64,000 bases of DNA from Dehalococcoidia bacterium (GTDB taxonomy: Bacteria; Chloroflexota; Dehalococcoidia; UBA2979), in assembly GCA_964291495.2 (NCBI GenBank), contig OZ219871.1:1536001-1600000 (forward strand), written 5' to 3'. Within the stretch, counting starts at the first letter, position 1. Each line of letters starts with the position of its first letter. Under the pieces are notes generated by a model that ran no database searches, was not told where the DNA came from, and saw only the letters and a program-made list of their open reading frames with translations. This document shows, in pieces, positions 57,004-64,000 of the stretch. A program made the position numbers and the translations under genes.

Positions 57004-58449
57004 ATGGCGAATGAGGCGCTGATCCGCGAGCTGCAGGACGCCCTCGGCGAGGCGCATGTGCTGCACCTGCCCGAGGATCTGATCGGCTACGAATACGACG
57101 CGACGATCGAGCGCGCGCGCCCGGACGCCGTCGTGCTCCCCGACAGCGCCGAGGAGGTCGCGGCGGCGGTCGAGATCGCGAGCCGGCACCGCGTGCCGGT
57201 GGTGCCTCGGGGCTCCGGGACGGGGCTGGCGGGCGGCGCGGTGCCGGTCCTCGGCGGCGTGGCGCTCGTGATGACGCGCATGAACCGCATCCTCGAGCTG
57301 GACCCGGTGAACCGCGTCGCCGTCCTCGAGCCGGGGGTGATCAACCTTGATCTGCAGGACCGCTGCGCCAAGTACGGGCTGCGCTACGCGCCCGACCCCT
57401 CCTCGCAGCGGATCTGCACGATCGGCGGCAACGTCGGGACGAACGCCGGCGGGCCGCACACGCTCGCGCACGGGAGCACCGTCAACCACGTGCTCGGCAT
57501 CGAGGTGGTCCTGCCGGACGGGCGGCTGACCTGGCTCGGCGGGCGGCAACCTGACGTGCCGGGGCCGGACCTGCGCGGCGTCCTCTGTGGCTCCGAGGGC
57601 ACGCTCGGCATTGTCACCAAGGTCTGCGTCGCGCTCGTCAGCCTGCCGCCCGACGTACGCACCATGCTCGCGATCTTCGACAGCGTCGACGACGCCTCGG
57701 AGGCCGTCTCGGCGGTGATCCGCGGCGGCGTGCTGCCGGTGGCGATGGAGATGCTGGACCAGGCGATCATCCGCATCGTCGAGCCGCAGATGCACGTCGG
57801 CTACCCGCTCGACGCCGGCGCGGTGCTGCTGATCGAGGTCGAGGGCGTCCCGGAGTCGGTCGCCGCCGACGTGGAGCGCGTCGAGGAAGCCTGCCGCGGC
57901 GCGGGCGCGCGCGAGATCCGCGTCGCCGAGTCCGAGCAGGAGCGAGCGCGGCTCTGGGAGGGTCGGAAGGGCGGGATCGGCGCGATCGGCGCCAGCTCGC
58001 CGAACTTCTACATCCTCGACGGCGTCGTGCCGCGCACGAAGCTGCCGGAGGTGATGGCGGCGGTGAACGGGCTGGCCGACGAGTACGGCTTCCGCTGCGC
58101 CAACATCTTCCACGCCGGCGACGGCAACCTGCACCCCAACATCATGTTCGACGAGCTCGACGAGGGCGCGACCGAGCGCGTGCTCGACCTCGGCGGGGAG
58201 ATCATGCGCGTTTGCGTCGAGGCCGGCGGCTCGATCACCGGCGAGCACGGCATCGGCTTCGAGAAGCGCTCCTACATGGAGTGGATCTTCGCCCCCCAGG
58301 ACATCGAGGCGATGGAGCACCTGCGCATCGCGTTCGGCACGGGCGACACATTCAACCCCTGCAAGGTGATGCCCTCCGGACACGGCTGCGCCTCCGGGCA
58401 TGCCGCCGAGCTGCGCCAGCACATCGCGACGCCCGGCGTCTACATCTAG
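57004..58449 (+). CDS. glcD: Glycolate oxidase FAD-linked subunit
   Basis: RGSGTGLAGG, PDPSS, CTIGGNV, GSEGTLG, FHAGDGNLHP, GEHGIG. Confidence 0.92.
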   Translation: MANEALIRELQDALGEAHVLHLPEDLIGYEYDATIERARPDAVVLPDSAEEVAAAVEIASRHRVPVVPRGSGTGLAGGAVPVLGGVALVMTRMNRILELDPVNRVAVLEPGVINLDLQDRCAKYGLRYAPDPSSQRICTIGGNVGTNAGGPHTLAHGSTVNHVLGIEVVLPDGRLTWLGGRQPDVPGPDLRGVLCGSEGTLGIVTKVCVALVSLPPDVRTMLAIFDSVDDASEAVSAVIRGGVLPVAMEMLDQAIIRIVEPQMHVGYPLDAGAVLLIEVEGVPESVAADVERVEEACRGAGAREIRVAESEQERARLWEGRKGGIGAIGASSPNFYILDGVVPRTKLPEVMAAVNGLADEYGFRCANIFHAGDGNLHPNIMFDELDEGATERVLDLGGEIMRVCVEAGGSITGEHGIGFEKRSYMEWIFAPQDIEAMEHLRIAFGTGDTFNPCKVMPSGHGCASGHAAELRQHIATPGVYI

Positions 58450-58459
58450 GCCGCGCGCC

Positions 58460-59682
58460 ATGAGCAACGAGGCAGCGCCGGACCCGGCGGCGTACTCGAT
58501 CGACGGCGTCACGCCCGACCGGGCCTGGCGGCCCGGCTCCGCCGAGGAGGTCGCGGAGCTGCTCGCCTCGGCCGCCGCCGAAGGGCAGGTAGTCTCGCCC
58601 CAGGGCGGCCGCACGGCGCTCTCGCTCGGCCGCCCGCTCGAGCGCTACGACGTGGCATTGGACCTCACCGGCCTCGATCGCACCGTCGCCTACGAGCCGG
58701 ACGACCTGACCGTGACCGTCGGCGCGGGGATGAGCCTGCGCGCGTTGCAGTCGATGCTCGCCGAGTACGGCCAGTACCTCCCGATCGACCCGCCGCCCGA
58801 CGGCAGCGTCTCGATCGGCGGGCTGCTGGCGACGGCGCGGCCGGGCGCCTGGCGCGGGCAACTGCCGGCGGCCCGCGACCTGCTGCTCGGCGCGACGGTC
58901 GCGACGCCCTCGGGCGAGCTCGTGACCACGGGCGGGCGCGTCGTCAAGAACGTCAGCGGCTACGACCTGCACCGCCTGCACACCGGTGCGCTCGGCGTCT
59001 TCGGCGTGATCGTCGAGGCCTCGTTCAAGCTCGCCACGCTGCCCCCCGGCACGCGCTCGCTGGCCGTGCCCCGCGAGACCGTCGAGGACGCCGCCGCGCT
59101 CGCCTTCGAGCTGCGCGAGCTTGCGCTGCCGCTGCGCGCGCTCTCCGTGCTCTCGCCGCAGGCGTCCGCCGTCGCCGGCCTCGACGAGCGCCCGCACGTG
59201 CTGATCGAGGCGATGGGCGACGAGGCGACGCTCGACCGCTGCGCGGCGGCGATCGACGAGGTGGCCGCAGGCGAGGCGATCGAGCCGCTTGCCGGCGCAT
59301 GGGACCGCCTGCGCGCCCTCGCGGGCAGCGATCAGGGCGTCGTGCTGCGCCTCGGCGTGCCGGCGGCTGAGCTTGCCGCGACGATCGACGCGATCGAGGA
59401 CAGCGCGGGCAGTTCCAGGGACGCGCGAGGCCTCATGGCCTGGGGGCACCTCACGGCGGGCAGCGTGATCGCGGCGGGCGCGGCCGTCGAGACGTCGGAC
59501 GTGCTCGCGCTGCGCGCCCGCGCCGAGCAGCGCGGCGGCTTCCTGCAGATCGAGGCTGGCCCACCCGAACTGCGGGCGCAGGTCGACCCCTTCGGCGAGG
59601 CCGAGCGCACGCTCGTGCGTGCGCTGCGGCGTCAGTTCGATCCGGGGCGTACCATCAACCGTGGACGCTGGGAGGCGGAATC

Positions 59683-59686
<4 letters not shown>
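58460..59686 (+). CDS. glcE: Glycolate oxidase FAD-binding subunit
   Basis: YEPDDLT, GGRVVKNVSGYDL, FDP...NRGR. Confidence 0.9.
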
Positions 59687-60999
<1,313 letters not shown>

Positions 61000-61024
61000 C
61001 CGCCCTCACGCGCAGCCGCAGCGC

Positions 61025-61405
61025 CTGTCCGGTCCCCTCTCCGCTCGCGGGCTCTCCCCTCCCGTCATTCCGGCGAAAGCCGGAATCCAGTCGGGGCATC
61101 GGCCGATCGGGGCGCAACAACCGATCGATGCGGCAGCTCCGCCGGCGAGCCCCCTCACCCCAACCCTCTCCCCCAGGAGAGGGGGCCGGGTCGGCGCACC
61201 AACCTCCGAGGGCGGATTCGGTTCCCTCTCCCCTCGCGGGAGAGGGCGGAGGGTGAGGGGGAGCGGGCGCAGCCCGCCAGCCCCGCCGGGCACGGGGCCC
61301 CGGGGGCAACGACCCCATCGAGGCGGCAGCTCCGCCGGCGAGCCCCCTCACCCCCACCCTCTCCCCCAGGAGAGGGGGCCGGAGCGGCGCACGAACCTTC
61401 CGAGG
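61025..61405. repeat. Mosaic cluster of REP-like palindromes
   Basis: CGTC hairpin 61063-61090; 49-bp units 61141-61189 and 61334-61382; inverted variant 61223-61262. Confidence 0.9.
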
Positions 61406-61417
61406 ACCGGATCGCCC

Positions 61418-61921
61418 TCAGAGCAGCCGCGGCGCCTGCGGCGCGGCCTCGATGAGGGAGCCGTCCTTGAGCAGGTGGCGGATGCGCGCGCCGCGCGCGA
61501 GCAGGGCGGGGGCGACGAGCAGTGTGCGGTGGCAGCGCTCCGGCGCGCCCTCGGAGCACATGATCGCCGTCGGCGTCGCCTCGGCGGCGGCGACCAGGCG
61601 CTCAACGGCCTCGAGGAAGGGTGGGTGCTGCGCCATCAGCCTGTAGTCGGGCTCGCCGTCCGCCGTGCGCAGCGCGGGGTCATCGGGGCGTCCGCCGAGC
61701 GCGGGCTCCCACTCGTAGGCGATGCCCGCCGCCTCCGAGGCGGCCTCGATGGACTTGCGGTTGAACTGAGGGTGCCAGCGGCTGTACGGCGTCGAGCGCA
61801 CGTCGACGAGCCGCCCGACGCCGGCACGCCGCAGGTTGCCGATCAGCACCTCGAGCGCGAGATTGCCGTGCCCGACCGTCAGGATCACCGGCGCAGCGTG
61901 CGGCATCGGCCCGCGGGTCAC
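61418..61921 (-). CDS. DUF488 family protein
   Basis: TVGHGN, LVDVRSTPYSR, LGG, MCSE...CHR. Confidence 0.93.
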   Translation of the reverse strand: MTRGPMPHAAPVILTVGHGNLALEVLIGNLRRAGVGRLVDVRSTPYSRWHPQFNRKSIEAASEAAGIAYEWEPALGGRPDDPALRTADGEPDYRLMAQHPPFLEAVERLVAAAEATPTAIMCSEGAPERCHRTLLVAPALLARGARIRHLLKDGSLIEAAPQAPRLL

Positions 61922-63834
61922 CCCGCCCGGATCTGGCGCACCAGCGCGGCGGCCACCTCGTAGCGGCCGAACGAGGGCATGACGTAGACGCCGGAAACCC
62001 AGTCGAGGGCGCGCGCCTCCTCGATCTGCTCGGTCGCGATCTCCAGGCCAGCGTCGGCGCCGGCCTCGCCTGCCGCGCGCATCCGCTCACGGATCGCGTC
62101 GGGGATGATCACGCCCTCCAGCTCGTTGTGGATGAACTCCGTGTGGCGCGAGGACATGAGCGGCAGGATGCCGAGCAGCACCGGCGCCTCGACGGCGCCG
62201 AGGCGCTCGAAGAAGTCCTCGAGCGTCGCGAGGTCGTAGACGGGCTGCGTCATCAGCAGGTCCGCGCCCGCGTTCAGCTTCGCGCGCACGCGGCCCAGCT
62301 CGACCGGGATGTCGCCGGCCGTCGGGTTCGCCGCGCTGGCGATCAGGAAATCGGTGGGGCGGCCGAGCGAGTTGCCGGCGACGTCCACGCCCTCGTTGAG
62401 CCGCTTGAGGATGCGGATGAACCCGATCGCGTCCACGTCCCAGACCGCCGAGGACTGCGAGGCCTCTGGCGGCGGGTCGCCGGTGAGCGCGATCACGTTG
62501 CGCACGCCCAGCGCGTGCGCGCCCAGCAGGTCGGCCTGCAGCGCCATCAGGTTCCGGTCGCGCGTCGTCTGGTGGATGATCGTCTCGATCCCCGCCTCGC
62601 GCTGGATCTCGACCGCGAGGGCGAGCGCGCTCATCCGCACGCGCGCCATCGGCGAGTCGCCGATGTTGATCGCGTCGGCGCCCGCCTCGCGCAGCAGCCG
62701 CGCGCCCTCGACGGCCTTGCGCGGGTTGATGCCGCGCGGAGGATCGATCTCGACCGAGACGACGTAGGCGCCGGCGGCGAGCTTGTCGCGCAGCCGCGCC
62801 GTCTCGCCGTCCGGCTCGATCTCCGCGGCCTCGCCGTCCGCGCCCTCGGCGGGCTCGTCGGCCGGGGGTAGTCCCGTGTCGAGGCCGCCGCCGCGCGTGT
62901 CGGTCACTGCGAGCGGTACGCCCCCGCCCTCGGAAGCGCCGTCCGCGTCGTCGCCGCTCGCGCCGTCGAGCGCCTCGCGCATCGCGCGGATGTGCGCGGG
63001 CGTGGCGCCGCAGCAGCCGCCGACGACGGCGGCGCTGAGGTCCTTGGCGCGCAGCGCGAAGTTGGCGAAGTAGTCGGGCGACGAGGGGTAGAGCGGCTGC
63101 CCGCCGGTGATGCGCGGCAGGCCGGCGTTGGGCTTGACGAACAGCGGCGCCTCGATGCCCGCGGCCGCCAGTTCCTGCAGGATGTCGAGCGTCGCGCGCG
63201 GGCCGACGCCGCAGTTGACGCCGACCACGTCCGCACCGCCCTCGGCCGCGAGCAGCTCCGCCACCTCGCGCGGCGACTCGCCCGCCGGCGTCGTCAGCGC
63301 CGCGACGAAATCGAGCGCGGCGATCACCGGCAGGTCCGTGACCGCGCGCACCGCGTCGAGGGCGATGCGCACTTCGGCGAGCGAGGGGAAGGTCTCCAGC
63401 ACGATCGCGTCGACGCCGCCCTCGACGAGCGCGCCGACCTGCTCGCGGACGGCCTCGCCGGCCTCCTCCGGTGTGACGCTGCCGACGGCGAGGTCGCGCC
63501 CGAAGGGGCCGATCGAGCCGCCGATAAAGGCGGGCGCGCCGATGATCTCGCGGGCGTCGCGGGCGATCCGGGCGGCCTGGAAGTTCACGTCGCGCACGCG
63601 CTCGCCGTAGCCGCGGCGCGCCAGCTGGATGCGCGTCGCCTCGAAGGTGTCGGTCAGGATCAGGTCGGCGCCGGCGCGCAGGTACTCCTCGTGCAGCGCG
63701 CGCACGCGGTCCGGTTCCTCGAGGACAGCAAGCGCGCCGTGGCCGCGCCAGCCTCGGGCGCGCAGCTCCGTGCCGGTCGCCCCGTCGGCGAGCAGCACGC
63801 GCTCACGAATCGCCTCGATGAAGGGATGGGCCAC
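61918..63834 (-). CDS. yitJ: Bifunctional homocysteine S-methyltransferase / methylenetetrahydrofolate reductase (YitJ-like)
   Basis: DGATGT, GVNC, KPNAGLP, GGCCG; then VEIDPPRG, DSPMAR, RDRN, TGDP, TQPVYD. Confidence 0.93.
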   Translation of the reverse strand: MAHPFIEAIRERVLLADGATGTELRARGWRGHGALAVLEEPDRVRALHEEYLRAGADLILTDTFEATRIQLARRGYGERVRDVNFQAARIARDAREIIGAPAFIGGSIGPFGRDLAVGSVTPEEAGEAVREQVGALVEGGVDAIVLETFPSLAEVRIALDAVRAVTDLPVIAALDFVAALTTPAGESPREVAELLAAEGGADVVGVNCGVGPRATLDILQELAAAGIEAPLFVKPNAGLPRITGGQPLYPSSPDYFANFALRAKDLSAAVVGGCCGATPAHIRAMREALDGASGDDADGASEGGGVPLAVTDTRGGGLDTGLPPADEPAEGADGEAAEIEPDGETARLRDKLAAGAYVVSVEIDPPRGINPRKAVEGARLLREAGADAINIGDSPMARVRMSALALAVEIQREAGIETIIHQTTRDRNLMALQADLLGAHALGVRNVIALTGDPPPEASQSSAVWDVDAIGFIRILKRLNEGVDVAGNSLGRPTDFLIASAANPTAGDIPVELGRVRAKLNAGADLLMTQPVYDLATLEDFFERLGAVEAPVLLGILPLMSSRHTEFIHNELEGVIIPDAIRERMRAAGEAGADAGLEIATEQIEEARALDWVSGVYVMPSFGRYEVAAALVRQIRAG

Positions 63835-63896
63835 GGGGAAGTCCTGTCCGCGGTCCGCTCGGCCGCCGCGCCCGCCCGAGGTCGCCGGGCGTCGGC

Positions 63897-64000
63897 TCAG
63901 CTGACGGCCGCCCGCTCCTCGAGCAGGCTCTCGATCTGGCGGTAGTCGGCGTCCGAGATCTTGTGCAGGTTGCCGCGGAAGGCCATGCCCAGCTTCTTCG
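63897..64000 (-). CDS. C-terminal fragment, probable EVE-domain protein
   Basis: ...KKLGMAFRGNLHKISDADYRQIESLLEERAAVS-stop resembles EVE C-termini. Confidence 0.55.
   Translation of the reverse strand, partial: KKLGMAFRGNLHKISDADYRQIESLLEERAAVS

Noticed and set aside
63835-63896. SAM riboswitch upstream of yitJ
   Set aside because: The gap is only ~60 bp and lacks recognisable SAM-I/II core sequences.

Overview
Very GC-rich, gene-dense bacterial chromosome segment. Gene content (many F420/flavin-dependent luciferase-like oxidoreductases, SnoaL/NTF2 proteins, SDRs, CaiB-type CoA-transferases, crotonases) is most consistent with an aerobic Chloroflexota (Dehalococcoidia-like), possibly host-associated; this is inference. 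Recognisable blocks: menaquinone genes menF-D-H-B-A-C, pncA-pncB, glcD-E-F, a YitJ-type methyltransferase/MTHFR fusion, and three tandem paralog arrays (5 SnoaL-like, 2 F420 LLM, 4 SDR genes). An accessory block (51.36-55.35 kb) holds a fused nuclease-like/N6-methyltransferase gene. Its last 32 bp recur 1 kb downstream, bracketing a small membrane protein and a small protein + retropepsin-like protease pair. Seven intergenic regions are mosaics of several palindromic REP-like repeat families. Several genes look leaderless (-10 hexamer, 6 nt, ATG). No rRNA, tRNA, CRISPR array, transposase or integrase was seen. All calls come from motif recognition by eye; no database searches were run.
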